Below, in pieces: positions 48,794 through 61,687 of a stretch of DNA of 64,000 nucleotides. The stretch is from a phage. The notes beneath the pieces are model-generated. The model saw only the letters and a program-made list of their open reading frames with translations. It was not told where the DNA came from and searched no databases. The position numbers and the translations under genes were made by a program. Location of the stretch: sequence record PZ452579.1; one strand, given 5' to 3'. How positions within the stretch are numbered: position 1 is the stretch's first letter; every line of letters begins with the position of its first letter.

Positions 48794-49618
48794 ATGATGT
48801 TTGGTTATTTTTACAACTCGTCGTTCAGGCGATATATCACAATGATGGGCGATTTGTTTTCAAATATCCAAGTTAACCGTCAATTGTCTACAGGCAATAA
48901 ATTAATTAGAGTTCCTATTACGTATGCATCTAAAGAGCACTTTATGATGAAACTTAATAAATGGACCTCTATAAACTCACAAGAAGATGTGGCTAAAGTC
49001 GAAACTATTCTACCACGTATAAATCTCCAAATGGTAGATTTCGTTTATAATCCGACTTTTAAAACGAATATATTGAATAACTCTCTTTTGAGTAAATCGA
49101 CTAAGGATATTGTAGACCAATACAACCCATCACCAATTAAAATGATTTTTGAACTGAGCATCTTTACTCGTTATGAAGATGATATGTTCCAAATCGTTGA
49201 GCAAATTATTCCATATTTTCAGCCGCATTTTAATACGACTATGATTGAGCAGTATGGACAGGATATTCCATTTGAAAGGGATATTAAAGTCGTATGGATG
49301 GCAGCAGCAATGGATGAACAGATAGACGGTGATAATTTATCCCGTCGACGTTTAGAGTGGTCATTAACATTTGAAGTAAATGGATGGATGTATCCTCCGG
49401 TAGGCGCAGCTGAAGGCCTTATTAAAACGACTTATCTTGATTTTCATGCTAATGAACGAGACCTTCAAACAGCCGCCAGCGTTTTTGAATCAGTTGATAC
49501 AGAAATTAAACCGAGAGACGTTGAAGCACAAGATTGGAATGGTGAAGTTGAACAAACTTATACTCACGATATTCCAATCCCGACTCCACCAACCCCTCCT
49601 GGTCCTAGAAAACAATAA
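48794..49618 (+). CDS. 15: tail sheath stabiliser / tail terminator gp15
   Basis: 274-aa ORF (MMFGYFYNSSFRRY...). Confidence 0.95.
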   Translation: MMFGYFYNSSFRRYITMMGDLFSNIQVNRQLSTGNKLIRVPITYASKEHFMMKLNKWTSINSQEDVAKVETILPRINLQMVDFVYNPTFKTNILNNSLLSKSTKDIVDQYNPSPIKMIFELSIFTRYEDDMFQIVEQIIPYFQPHFNTTMIEQYGQDIPFERDIKVVWMAAAMDEQIDGDNLSRRRLEWSLTFEVNGWMYPPVGAAEGLIKTTYLDFHANERDLQTAASVFESVDTEIKPRDVEAQDWNGEVEQTYTHDIPIPTPPTPPGPRKQ

Positions 49619-51944
<2,326 letters not shown>

Positions 51945-51971
51945 AAATAAAGCAAATTAAGAGGAATTAAA

Positions 51972-53954
51972 ATGGCACTTCTCTCTCCGGGCGTTGAGCT
52001 CAAAGAAACTACCGTACAGAGTACGGTAGTTAATAACTCCACTGGTACTGCTGCCCTGGCTGGAAAATTCCAATGGGGACCTGCATTCCAGATTAAACAA
52101 ATCACCGATGAAGTTGCGTTGGTTGATATGTTTGGTACTCCTAACACAGACACCGCAGATTATTTCATGTCTGCTATGAACTTCCTTCAATATGGTAATG
52201 ATCTTCGTGTTGTACGCGCTGTTGATCGTGATACTGCTAAGAACTCATCTCCTGTGGCAGGAAACATTAATTTTACTATTTCTTCGGCTGGCACCAACTA
52301 CAGAGTCGGTGATAAAGTTGTAGTTAAATATTCTACAGATATTATCGAACCAGACGGTGAAGTTACTTCAGTTGATTCTGACGGTAAAATTTTGAATATC
52401 TTTATTCCTTCAGGTAAAATTATCGCTAAAGCGAAAGAAATCGGCGAATATCCTGAATTAGGTTCAAACTGGACCGCAGAAATGTCTGGGTCTTCTTCTG
52501 GTCTGTCTGCAGTAATTACTATTGATTCCGTTATAATGGATTCTGGTATTCTGTTGACTGAAGTTGAAACTTCAGAAGAAGCTATTACTTCTCTAACTTT
52601 CCAAGAATCTATTAAAAAATATGGTGTCCCAGGTGTAGTTGCTCTTTATCCAGGTGAACTTGGAGACCAGCTCGAAATTGAAATCGTATCTAAAGCAGAC
52701 TATGACAAAGGTGCTTCAGCCCAGTTAAAAATTTATCCTGATGGTGGCACTCGTTATTCTACTGCTAAAGCAATCTTTGGGTACGGTCCACAGACTGATG
52801 ACCAATATGCAATTATCGTTCGTCGCAACGACGCGGTAGTCCAGAGCGTAGTTCTTTCTACTAAACGTGGTGAACGAGATATTTATGGTAGCAATATCTT
52901 CATTGATGATTTCTTTGCTAAAGGCGCAAGCAATTATATTTTCGCTACGGCGCAAGGTTGGCCAAAAGGTTTCTCTGGTGTAATCAAACTGAATGGTGGC
53001 TTATCATCTAATGAAACGGTTGAAGCCGGTGATTTAATGGAAGCTTGGGATTTGTTTGCTGACCGTGAATCGGTTAATGCGCAGTTGTTTATTGCCGGTT
53101 CTTGTGCAGGTGAATCTTTAGAAGTTGCTTCTACAGTTCAGAAACATGTTGTAGCAATTGGTGATTCTCGTCAAGATTGCTTGGTTCTTTGCTCGCCTCC
53201 ACGTGCAGCTGTAGTTGGTATTCCTGTTAATCGTGCAGTTGATAATCTGGTTGATTGGCGTACAGCGTCAGGAACTTACACTGATAATAACTTTAATATA
53301 AGTTCTACTTATGCTGCTATTGATGGTAACTATAAATATCAATATGACAAATATAACGATGTGAATCGTTGGGTTCCATTAGCTGCTGATATCGCCGGTC
53401 TTTGTGCTCGAACAGACAATATTTCTCAGCCTTGGATGTCTCCAGCCGGTTATAACCGTGGACAAATTCTTAACGTTATTAAGCTTGCAATTGAAACTCG
53501 TCAAGCACAACGAGATCGTTTGTATCAGGAAGCTATTAACCCTGTTACTGGTACCGGTGGTGATGGATATGTTCTGTATGGTGATAAAACTGCCACTTCT
53601 GTTCCTTCGCCATTTGACCGTATTAACGTACGTCGTTTGTTTAACATGGTTAAAACGAACATTGGTTCGGCATCCAAATATCGCCTATTTGAATTGAACA
53701 ACGCATTTACCCGTTCTTCTTTCCGTACAGAGACTTCTCAATATCTACAGGGTATTAAAGCTCTTGGTGGTGTATATAACTTTAAAGTTGTTTGTGATAC
53801 TACCAATAACACCCCAGCAGTTATCGACCGTAATGAATTTGTAGCTACTTTCTACTTACAACCTGCCCGCTCGATAAATTATATTACGTTGAACTTTGTA
53901 GCAACAGCAACTGGCGCTGATTTCGACGAACTGATTGGTGCTGTAGGTGGCTAA
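51972..53954 (+). CDS. 18: tail sheath protein gp18
   Basis: 660-aa ORF MALLSPGVELKETTVQ...; late promoter TATAAATA 35 nt upstream. Confidence 0.97.
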   Translation: MALLSPGVELKETTVQSTVVNNSTGTAALAGKFQWGPAFQIKQITDEVALVDMFGTPNTDTADYFMSAMNFLQYGNDLRVVRAVDRDTAKNSSPVAGNINFTISSAGTNYRVGDKVVVKYSTDIIEPDGEVTSVDSDGKILNIFIPSGKIIAKAKEIGEYPELGSNWTAEMSGSSSGLSAVITIDSVIMDSGILLTEVETSEEAITSLTFQESIKKYGVPGVVALYPGELGDQLEIEIVSKADYDKGASAQLKIYPDGGTRYSTAKAIFGYGPQTDDQYAIIVRRNDAVVQSVVLSTKRGERDIYGSNIFIDDFFAKGASNYIFATAQGWPKGFSGVIKLNGGLSSNETVEAGDLMEAWDLFADRESVNAQLFIAGSCAGESLEVASTVQKHVVAIGDSRQDCLVLCSPPRAAVVGIPVNRAVDNLVDWRTASGTYTDNNFNISSTYAAIDGNYKYQYDKYNDVNRWVPLAADIAGLCARTDNISQPWMSPAGYNRGQILNVIKLAIETRQAQRDRLYQEAINPVTGTGGDGYVLYGDKTATSVPSPFDRINVRRLFNMVKTNIGSASKYRLFELNNAFTRSSFRTETSQYLQGIKALGGVYNFKVVCDTTNNTPAVIDRNEFVATFYLQPARSINYITLNFVATATGADFDELIGAVGG

Positions 53955-53986
53955 TAAGACGCCTGATGGGCTATTTCGGTAGCCCA

Positions 53987-53994
53987 TATAAATA
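53987..53994 (+). promoter_or_regulatory. late promoter (TATAAATA) for gene 19
   Basis: TATAAATA 80 nt upstream of the gene 19 ATG, preceded by a GC hairpin. Confidence 0.6.
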
Positions 53995-54066
53995 TACTAT
54001 ATCGTTTAAAAATTAATTCTATGGGCATCCGGTTAATCCTAAGCCCATATTACTACAGAGGCTAAT

Positions 54067-54558
54067 ATGTTTGTAGATGACGTAACTCGTGCCTTCGAAT
54101 CTGGTGATTTCGCTCGCCCTAACCTGTTCGAAGTAGAAATCTCTTATCTTGGGCAAAACTTTAGCTTCCAGTGTCGTGCTACTGCTCTTCCTGCTGCGAT
54201 CGTTGAAAAGGTTCCTGTTTCTTATATGAACCGTAAAATTAACGTGGCCGGTGACCGTACATTCGATGATTGGACTATTACAGTAATGAACGACGATGCT
54301 CATAGTATTCGTCAGAAATTCGTTGATTGGCAAGGTATTGCAGCAGGACAAGGTAATGAAATTACCGGTGGTAAACCTGCTGAATATAAAAAGTCTGCTA
54401 TCGTTCGTCAATTTGCTCGTGATGCTAAAACTGTCACTAAAGAAGTTGAAATTGTTGGCTTGTGGCCTACTAACGTTGGCGAAGTATCTCTTGACTGGGA
54501 CAGCAATAACGAGATTGAAACGTTCGAAGTAACTCTTGCTCTTGATTGGTGGGAATAA
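54067..54558 (+). CDS. 19: tail tube protein gp19
   Basis: 163-aa ORF MFVDDVTRAFESGDF... Confidence 0.97.
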   Translation: MFVDDVTRAFESGDFARPNLFEVEISYLGQNFSFQCRATALPAAIVEKVPVSYMNRKINVAGDRTFDDWTITVMNDDAHSIRQKFVDWQGIAAGQGNEITGGKPAEYKKSAIVRQFARDAKTVTKEVEIVGLWPTNVGEVSLDWDSNNEIETFEVTLALDWWE

Positions 54559-54606
54559 TCTTGTTGGGGAGAAATCCCCAGCTTCCCGTGATGACGGAGA
54601 AGTCCA

Positions 54607-54614
54607 TATAAATA
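54607..54614 (+). promoter_or_regulatory. late promoter (TATAAATA) for gene 20
   Basis: TATAAATA 36 nt upstream of the gene 20 ATG. Confidence 0.65.
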
Positions 54615-54642
54615 TAACTATAATTCCCATTCGGAGAATACA

Positions 54643-56214
54643 ATGAAATTTAATATCTTAAGTTTGTTTGCTCCATGGGCAAAAATGGACGAACGTGATT
54701 ACAAAGACCAAGAAAAAGAAAATTTAGAATCGATCACCTCACCAAAATTAGACGACGGCGCTAAAGAATACGAAGTATCTGAAAATGAAGCACAGCAAAC
54801 ATATAATGCTATGTTTCAGAGAATGTTCGGTAGCCAAGAACCAGGGCTCAAATCAACGCGTGAATTAATCGATACGTATCGAAATTTGATGACGAACTAT
54901 GAAGTGGATAATGCAGTCTCTGAAATAGTTTCCGATGCTATCGTATATGAAGATGATACAGAAGTCGTTTCTATAAATTTAGACAACACAAAATTTAGTC
55001 CAAATATCAAATCAATGATGTTGGATGAATTTAACGAAGTGTTAAATCATTTATCTTTCCAACGTAAAGGTTCAGATCATTTTAGACGTTGGTATGTGGA
55101 TTCTCGAATTTTCTTCCATAAAATTATTGACCCTAAACGCCCTAAAGAAGGTATTAAAGAGCTTCGTCGTTTAGACCCACGTCAAGTTCAATATGTCCGT
55201 GAAGTTATTACAACCACTGAAGCCGGTGTTAAAATAGTCAAGGGTTATAAAGAATATTTCATTTATGACACATCACACGAATCTTATGCTTGTGATGGTC
55301 GCATATATGAAGCTGGCACAAAAATAAAAATCCCTAAAGCCGCGATTGTTTATGCCCATTCTGGTTTAGTTGATTGTTGTGGTAAAAATATCATTGGTTA
55401 TTTGCATCGGGCTATTAAGCCGGCGAACCAATTAAAACTTCTTGAAGATGCCGTCGTAATTTATCGTATTACTCGTGCTCCTGATCGTCGTGTATGGTAC
55501 GTTGATACAGGTAATATGCCTTCAAGAAAAGCAGCAGAACATATGCAACATGTTATGAATACGATGAAAAACCGTATTGCATATGATGCTACTACAGGCA
55601 AGATTAAAAACCAGCAGCATATTATGTCGATGACCGAAGATTATTGGTTACAGCGACGTGATGGTAAAGCAGTAACAGAAGTTGACACATTACCAGGTGC
55701 AGATAATACTGGAAATATGGAAGATGTACGTTGGTTCCGTAATGCGCTTTATATGGCTTTACGTATTCCTATTACCCGTATTCCAAGTGACCAAGGTGGT
55801 ATACAGTTTGATGCTGGTACTTCTATTACACGAGATGAATTGTCATTTGGTAAATTTATTCGTGAGCTGCAACATAAATTTGAAGAGATATTCCTAGACC
55901 CGCTTAAAACTAATTTAATTCTTAAAGGAATTATTACAGAAGATGAGTGGAATGATGAAATAAATAATATTAAGATAAAATTTCATCGGGATAGTTATTT
56001 CTCGGAATTAAAGGATGCTGAGATTCTGGAGCGTCGCATTAATATGCTTCAGATGGCCGAACCATTTATTGGTAAATATATTTCTCACAGAACAGCTATG
56101 AAAGATATTCTTCAGATGTCTGATGAGGAAATTGAACAAGAGGCTAAGCAAATTGAAGAAGAGTCGAAAGAGGCTCGTTTCCAAGACCCCGACCAAGAAC
56201 AAGAGGATTTTTAA
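54643..56214 (+). CDS. 20: portal vertex protein gp20
   Basis: 523-aa [23 protein letters not shown]... Confidence 0.97.
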   Translation: MKFNILSLFAPWAKMDERDYKDQEKENLESITSPKLDDGAKEYEVSENEAQQTYNAMFQRMFGSQEPGLKSTRELIDTYRNLMTNYEVDNAVSEIVSDAIVYEDDTEVVSINLDNTKFSPNIKSMMLDEFNEVLNHLSFQRKGSDHFRRWYVDSRIFFHKIIDPKRPKEGIKELRRLDPRQVQYVREVITTTEAGVKIVKGYKEYFIYDTSHESYACDGRIYEAGTKIKIPKAAIVYAHSGLVDCCGKNIIGYLHRAIKPANQLKLLEDAVVIYRITRAPDRRVWYVDTGNMPSRKAAEHMQHVMNTMKNRIAYDATTGKIKNQQHIMSMTEDYWLQRRDGKAVTEVDTLPGADNTGNMEDVRWFRNALYMALRIPITRIPSDQGGIQFDAGTSITRDELSFGKFIRELQHKFEEIFLDPLKTNLILKGIITEDEWNDEINNIKIKFHRDSYFSELKDAEILERRINMLQMAEPFIGKYISHRTAMKDILQMSDEEIEQEAKQIEEESKEARFQDPDQEQEDF

Positions 56215-56451
56215 ATGGACGATTTAATTCAAGCTATTAAATCAAACGACCTCGTTGCTACTCGAAAGTTTTTTGAAAGTGCAATGGCAGAAAAAACGGT
56301 TCGTTTGATTGAAGCACGCAAAGCAGAAATCGCTTCTCAATTTTTGATTGAAGGCGAAGAACCTGAAGAAGAAAAGAAAGCTAAAGCTTCGGAAGACGAC
56401 GCTGATGAAGGCGATGACGACGAAGACGAAGATGATGAGGACGATGAATAA
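56215..56451 (+). CDS. 67: prohead core protein gp67
   Basis: 78-aa ORF with poly-acidic C-terminus ([18 protein letters not shown]). Confidence 0.9.
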   Translation: MDDLIQAIKSNDLVATRKFFESAMAEKTVRLIEARKAEIASQFLIEGEEPEEEKKAKASEDDADEGDDDEDEDDEDDE

Positions 56452-56876
56452 TGTATCTTATCCCTGAATCTTATGAATTGGTACTCGAAAATGTCGAAGC
56501 ACTTATTCCTGAAGCACAGGGCCGAATCGATGCATTGTCTTCTGCTCTCGATATTGACGATATAAATACTATTATCGAGAACATGCTTGAAACTGAAACG
56601 GATTTAGCTGTTGCAATGGCTTCCATTATTAATGAAGAACAGTTAAATGAGTTTATCGTTAAACATGTTTCTTCTCGTGGTGAAGTCACCCGCACTAAAG
56701 ACCGTAAAACTCGTGAACGTAACGCGTTCCAAACCACTGGTCTTTCTAAAGCAAAACGTAGACAAATCGCTCGTAAGGTCGTTAAAGCTAAAAAAGCTAA
56801 CCCTTCAGGCCAAGTTAAAGGCTTGCGTAAGCGTAAAAAGGCTCTTAAACGTCGTAAAGCATTAGGATTAAGCTAA
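56451..56876 (+). CDS. 68: prohead core protein gp68
   Basis: 141-aa ORF with basic C-terminus; T4 order. Confidence 0.9.
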   Translation: MYLIPESYELVLENVEALIPEAQGRIDALSSALDIDDINTIIENMLETETDLAVAMASIINEEQLNEFIVKHVSSRGEVTRTKDRKTRERNAFQTTGLSKAKRRQIARKVVKAKKANPSGQVKGLRKRKKALKRRKALGLS

Positions 56877-57517
56877 TGAATAAACCCGAGTTACTTATTG
56901 AAACTTGGGGTCAACCCGGTGAGATTATTGATGGCGTTCCAATGTTGGAATCTCATGATGGAAAAGATTCTGGCTTAAAACCAGGGCTTTATATAGAAGG
57001 TATTTTTCTTCAGGCAGAGGTTGTTAACCGAAATAAACGTTTATATCCTAAACGCGTTTTGGAAAAAGCAGTAAGTGACTATATTAAAGAACAAGTCGCA
57101 ACCAAACAAGCCCTTGGAGAATTAAACCATCCACCTCGCGCAAATGTTGACCCTATGCAAGCCGCTATCATTATTGAAGATATGTGGTGGAAAGGAAACG
57201 ATGTATATGGGCGCGCTAGAATTATTGAAGGCGACCATGGTCCCGGCGATAAATTAGCTGCTAATATACGAGCTGGTTGGATTCCAGGTGTTTCCTCTCG
57301 TGGTCTTGGTTCTTTAACCGACACCAATAAAGGGTACCGTATCGTGAACGAAGGATTTAAATTAACCGTCGGCGTAGATGCCGTATGGGGACCTTCTGCT
57401 CCAGATGCTTGGGTTACTCCTAAACAAATATCAGAATCAGAAAATTCGGTGGAAATCACCAAAAACAGTGCTGACGAAGCATTTAAAGCTCTCGCAGAGA
57501 GTTTAAAAGCATTATAA
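56876..57517 (+). CDS. 21: prohead core protease gp21
   Basis: 213-aa [19 protein letters not shown]... Confidence 0.95.
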   Translation: MNKPELLIETWGQPGEIIDGVPMLESHDGKDSGLKPGLYIEGIFLQAEVVNRNKRLYPKRVLEKAVSDYIKEQVATKQALGELNHPPRANVDPMQAAIIIEDMWWKGNDVYGRARIIEGDHGPGDKLAANIRAGWIPGVSSRGLGSLTDTNKGYRIVNEGFKLTVGVDAVWGPSAPDAWVTPKQISESENSVEITKNSADEAFKALAESLKAL

Positions 57518-57550
57518 ATAATAATGTAATCTAAACCACAGGACACTAAA

Positions 57551-58363
57551 ATGATCAAAGAACAACTTTTGAAAGAAGCTCAGAATATCGAGACTTCAGT
57601 TGCTCTTAATAGTGTTTTCGAATCAGTAGAACTGTCTCCGGACGTTAAAGCTAATTTCAGCACTGTATTCGAAGCCACCGTTAAGCAGGAAGCAGTCAAA
57701 CTGGCTGAATCTCATATCAAAGCCATCGCCGAAAAAGCCGAAGAAGAAGTTGAAAAGGCTAAAGAAGATGCTGAAGAGAAAGCTGATAAAAAATTGGCTG
57801 AACAAGCTTCTAAATTCCTGGACCATCTTGCAAAAGAATGGCTCGCAGAAAACCAAATCGCAGTTGATAAAGGCATTAAAGCTGATTTGTTCGAATCCAT
57901 GCTTGGTGGTCTGAAAGAACTGTTTGTTGAACATAACGTTGTTGTTCCAGAAGAATCTGTAGATGTTGTAGCAGAAATGGAAGAAGAGCTGGCCGAACAT
58001 AAAGAAGAAACCGCTCGTTTGTTCGAAGAAGTTACCAAACGTGATGCATATATCAATTACGTTCAGCGTGAAACCGCTATTAATGAAAGCGTGAAAGACC
58101 TGACTGAATCTCAGAAAGAAAAAGTTATTGACCTGGTTGAAGGTATGGATTATTCTGACGCATTTGGTACTAAGTTAACTGCTATTGTAGAAATGGTTAA
58201 AGGTTCTACTAAAGAAGAAGCCGCTATTACCGAAAGTATAAATACAGTTGACAATGACGCTGCCGGTCTTAATTTTGTTGCCGAAGCAGTTGACACTACC
58301 ACAACTCAGGTAGAACAGAATTCTAATGTAAGTTTATATGCGAAAGTCGCATCTCGTTTCTAA
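57551..58363 (+). CDS. 22: prohead core scaffold protein gp22
   Basis: 270-aa acidic alpha-helical ORF MIKEQLLKEAQNIE... Confidence 0.95.
   Translation: MIKEQLLKEAQNIETSVALNSVFESVELSPDVKANFSTVFEATVKQEAVKLAESHIKAIAEKAEEEVEKAKEDAEEKADKKLAEQASKFLDHLAKEWLAENQIAVDKGIKADLFESMLGGLKELFVEHNVVVPEESVDVVAEMEEELAEHKEETARLFEEVTKRDAYINYVQRETAINESVKDLTESQKEKVIDLVEGMDYSDAFGTKLTAIVEMVKGSTKEEAAITESINTVDNDAAGLNFVAEAVDTTTTQVEQNSNVSLYAKVASRF
58237..58244 (+). promoter_or_regulatory. candidate late promoter inside gene 22
   Basis: TATAAATA 144 nt upstream of the gene 23 ATG, within the gene 22 coding region. Confidence 0.4.
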
Positions 58364-58380
58364 TTTAAAGGTTAACACAA

Positions 58381-59949
58381 ATGACTACTATCAAAACTAA
58401 AGCTCAGCTCGTAGACAAATGGAAAGAACTGCTGGAAGGTGAAGGCCTGCCGGAAATCGCTAATAGCAAGCAGGCTATTATCGCTAAAATCTTCGAAAAC
58501 CAGGAAAAAGATTTCGAAGTATCCCCTGAATATAAAGACGAGAAAATCGCTCAGGCATTTGGTTCTTTCTTGACCGAAGCTGAAATTGGTGGTGACCACG
58601 GTTATAATGCTCAGAACATCGCAGCAGGTCAAACCTCTGGTGCAGTAACCCAAATTGGGCCGGCAGTTATGGGTATGGTTCGTCGTGCTATTCCTAATCT
58701 GATCGCTTTTGATATTTGTGGTGTTCAGCCTATGAACAGCCCTACCGGTCAGGTATTTGCTCTCCGTGCAGTATATGGTAAAGACCCTATCGCTGCTGGC
58801 GCTAAAGAAGCTTTCCATCCGATGTATGCTCCGGATGCAATGTTCTCTGGTCAGGGCGCTGCTAAGAAATTCCCAGCGCTGGCTGCTAGCACACAAACTA
58901 AAGTAGGTGATATTTATACTCACTTCTTCCAGGAAACTGGTACTGTATATCTGCAAGCTTCTGCTCAAGTAACAATTAGTTCAAGTGCTGATGATGCAGC
59001 TAAATTAGATGCAGAAATTATCAAACAAATGGAAGCTGGCGCACTGGTAGAAATCGCTGAAGGTATGGCTACTTCTATCGCTGAACTTCAGGAAGGCTTC
59101 AATGGTTCTACCGACAACCCGTGGAACGAAATGGGCTTCCGTATCGACAAACAAGTTATTGAAGCTAAATCTCGTCAGCTGAAAGCAGCTTACTCCATCG
59201 AATTGGCACAAGACCTCCGTGCAGTACACGGTATGGATGCTGATGCTGAACTGAGTGGTATTCTTGCTACTGAAATTATGCTGGAAATCAACCGTGAAGT
59301 TGTTGACTGGATTAACTACTCCGCTCAGGTTGGTAAATCCGGTATGACTAATATCGTTGGTTCTAAAGCTGGTGTATTTGACTTCCAGGACCCGATTGAT
59401 ATCCGTGGTGCTCGTTGGGCCGGTGAAAGCTTTAAAGCTCTGTTGTTCCAGATTGATAAAGAAGCAGTTGAAATTGCTCGTCAAACCGGTCGTGGTGAAG
59501 GTAACTTCATTATCGCTTCCCGTAACGTAGTTAACGTACTGGCTTCAGTTGATACTGGTATTTCTTACGCTGCACAGGGCCTGGCTTCTGGTTTTAATAC
59601 CGACACTACTAAGTCTGTATTTGCCGGTGTACTTGGTGGTAAATACCGCGTATACATCGACCAGTATGCTAAACAGGATTACTTCACCGTTGGTTACAAA
59701 GGCGCTAACGAAATGGATGCAGGTATTTACTATGCTCCTTACGTTGCACTTACCCCACTGCGTGGTTCCGATCCTAAGAACTTCCAGCCGGTAATGGGCT
59801 TTAAAACTCGTTATGGTATCGGTGTTAACCCGTTTGCTGAAAGTTCCCTGCAGGCTCCAGGTGCTCGCATCCAGTCCGGTATGCCGTCTATCCTGAACAG
59901 CCTTGGTAAGAACGCTTACTTTAGACGCGTCTACGTTAAAGGAATTTAA
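58381..59949 (+). CDS. 23: major capsid protein gp23
   Basis: 522-aa ORF; near-identical over long stretches to T4 gp23 as recalled. Confidence 0.98.
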   Translation: MTTIKTKAQLVDKWKELLEGEGLPEIANSKQAIIAKIFENQEKDFEVSPEYKDEKIAQAFGSFLTEAEIGGDHGYNAQNIAAGQTSGAVTQIGPAVMGMVRRAIPNLIAFDICGVQPMNSPTGQVFALRAVYGKDPIAAGAKEAFHPMYAPDAMFSGQGAAKKFPALAASTQTKVGDIYTHFFQETGTVYLQASAQVTISSSADDAAKLDAEIIKQMEAGALVEIAEGMATSIAELQEGFNGSTDNPWNEMGFRIDKQVIEAKSRQLKAAYSIELAQDLRAVHGMDADAELSGILATEIMLEINREVVDWINYSAQVGKSGMTNIVGSKAGVFDFQDPIDIRGARWAGESFKALLFQIDKEAVEIARQTGRGEGNFIIASRNVVNVLASVDTGISYAAQGLASGFNTDTTKSVFAGVLGGKYRVYIDQYAKQDYFTVGYKGANEMDAGIYYAPYVALTPLRGSDPKNFQPVMGFKTRYGIGVNPFAESSLQAPGARIQSGMPSILNSLGKNAYFRRVYVKGI

Positions 59950-59978
59950 TGCTTTAACGTTAAAATACATAACCTTAT

Positions 59979-60008
59979 GGGAGACTTCGGTCTCCCATTT
60001 TTGGTTTT
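59979..60008 (+). terminator. intrinsic terminator after gene 23
   Basis: Identical hairpin GGGAGACTTCGGTCTCCC followed by ATTTTTGGTTTT. Confidence 0.75.
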
Positions 60009-60276
60009 ATTTCTGCGCAATTTTGATGTAAGTTTTCAAAATATTTTGCCAATTAGGCATACCTTCTTGGACATATGCCGGAGAACCGTCTTTGTTTTTG
60101 AATGATGCAAGTTTATCAGTGGCCCAATAACCTTTAGCTCGAGCTTCAGAATCAACTTTCATCCATACTTTGTTGAAGGCATTACCATTAACTTTTGCAC
60201 CATATTTTTCTACTAACTTAACTGCTTCAGCTTCCAGAACTTTTAAAGTATCTCGTAAGAAACGTGCTTTAGTCAT
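60007..60276 (-). CDS. hypothetical protein encoded antisense to the late module, between genes 23 and 24
   Basis: 89-aa ORF (MTKARFLRDTLKVLEAEAVKLVEKYG...); GAGGAG RBS and early-promoter element at 60301-60336. Confidence 0.55.
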   Translation of the reverse strand: MTKARFLRDTLKVLEAEAVKLVEKYGAKVNGNAFNKVWMKVDSEARAKGYWATDKLASFKNKDGSPAYVQEGMPNWQNILKTYIKIAQK

Positions 60277-60300
60277 TTTGTTTACTCCTCTGTAGTTGAT

Positions 60301-60336
60301 AAGTCTATAGTATCACATACCAAATACGTTGTAAAC
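60301..60336 (-). promoter_or_regulatory. early-type promoter element driving the antisense ORF between genes 23 and 24
   Basis: GTTTAC-N18-TACTAT/TATAGA plus GAGGAG RBS. Confidence 0.5.
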
Positions 60337-60342
60337 AATCTT

Positions 60343-60350
60343 TATAAATA
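60343..60350 (+). promoter_or_regulatory. late promoter (TATAAATA) for gene 24
   Basis: TATAAATA 35 nt upstream of the gene 24 ATG. Confidence 0.65.
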
Positions 60351-60377
60351 ATCTATATCACATAAGGAAAAAATGCA

Positions 60378-61658
60378 ATGAGTAAAATCCAAAAATTATT
60401 GCGTGAATCTACAACGTCTACTAGCAACTCAATTGGTCGCCCAAATCTCGTTGCTTTGACTCGCGCTACGACTAAATTAATATATTCTGACATTGTAGCA
60501 ACACAAAGAACTAATCAACCTGTTGCTGCTTTTTATGGTATCAAATATCTTAACCCAGATAACGAATTCACATTTAAAACTGGTGCTACTTATGCGGGTG
60601 AAGCTGGATATGTAGACCGAGAAAAAATTACTGATCTCACAGAAGAATCAAAAGTCGCACTAAATAAAGGCGATTTTTTCAAATATAATAATATCGTCTA
60701 TAAAGTGTTAGAAGATACACCATTTGCAGATATTCAAGAAAGTGATCTAGAATTAGCTCTTCAGATTGCAGTCGTTCATTTAAAGGTACGGTTGTTTTCA
60801 GATGCAGCGGTAACAAGCAAATTTGAAAGCTCTGGTAGCGAAATTTCTGATGCAAGATTCCAGATTAATAAATGGCAAACTTCAGTCAAATCTCGTAAAC
60901 TTAAAACCGGCCTCACGGTTGAATTAGCGCAAGATTTGGAAGCGAATGGATTTGATGCCCCTAACTTCTTAGAAGATTTGCTTGCAACTGAAATGGCAGA
61001 TGAAATTAATAAAGATATTCTTCAGTCTTTAATTACTGTATCGAAACGTTATAAAGTTACTGGAATTACTGACACCGGATTTATTGACTTGAGCTATGCA
61101 TCCGCTCCAGAAGCAGGTCGTTCATTATATCGAATGGTGTGTGAAATGGTATCACACATTCAAAAAGAGACAACTTATACTGCAACGTTTTGTGTAGCCT
61201 CAGCTCGTGCAGCTGCTATTCTTGCTGCTTCTGGTTGGTTAAAACATAAGCCAGAAGATGACAAGTATCTTTCACAAAATGCTTATGGATTCTTGGCAAA
61301 TGGGTTACCTCTTTACTGCGATACCAACAGTCCGTTAGATTATGTTGTTGTGGGTGTTGTAGAAAATATCGGCGAAAAAGAAATTGTAGGGTCCATCTTT
61401 TATGCTCCATACACTGAAGGAGTAGATTTAGATGACCCGGAACATGTTGGTGCATTTAAAGTTGTAGTTGATCCAGAAAGCTTGCAACCGTCTATCGGAT
61501 TATTGGTTAGATATGCTTTATCAGCAAATCCTTACACAGTAGCAAAAGATGAAAAAGAAGCGAGAATAATTGATGGCGGGGACATGGATAAAATGGCAGG
61601 ACGTTCAGACTTGTCTGTTTTACTCGGTGTTAAATTGCCTAAAATTATTATAGATTAA
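60378..61658 (+). CDS. 24: capsid vertex protein gp24
   Basis: 426-aa ORF MSKIQKLLRESTTSTSNSIGRPNL...; late promoter 35 nt upstream. Confidence 0.97.
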   Translation: MSKIQKLLRESTTSTSNSIGRPNLVALTRATTKLIYSDIVATQRTNQPVAAFYGIKYLNPDNEFTFKTGATYAGEAGYVDREKITDLTEESKVALNKGDFFKYNNIVYKVLEDTPFADIQESDLELALQIAVVHLKVRLFSDAAVTSKFESSGSEISDARFQINKWQTSVKSRKLKTGLTVELAQDLEANGFDAPNFLEDLLATEMADEINKDILQSLITVSKRYKVTGITDTGFIDLSYASAPEAGRSLYRMVCEMVSHIQKETTYTATFCVASARAAAILAASGWLKHKPEDDKYLSQNAYGFLANGLPLYCDTNSPLDYVVVGVVENIGEKEIVGSIFYAPYTEGVDLDDPEHVGAFKVVVDPESLQPSIGLLVRYALSANPYTVAKDEKEARIIDGGDMDKMAGRSDLSVLLGVKLPKIIID

Positions 61659-61659
61659 T

Positions 61660-61685
61660 AAAAAGGGACCGTAAGGTCCCTTTTT
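61660..61685. terminator. bidirectional intrinsic terminator between gene 24 and rnlB
   Basis: AAAAA-GGGACC-GTAA-GGTCCC-TTTTT between convergent genes. Confidence 0.8.
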
Positions 61686-61687
61686 CG

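Noticed and set aside
52725-58056. Many six-frame ORFs antisense to or overlapping the late structural genes (e.g. 54019..54630, 57079..57558, 57623..58000, 57712..58056, 45726..46094, 52725..52955)
   Set aside because: They lie inside long, well-supported structural genes on the other strand or frame and lack RBS/promoter context.
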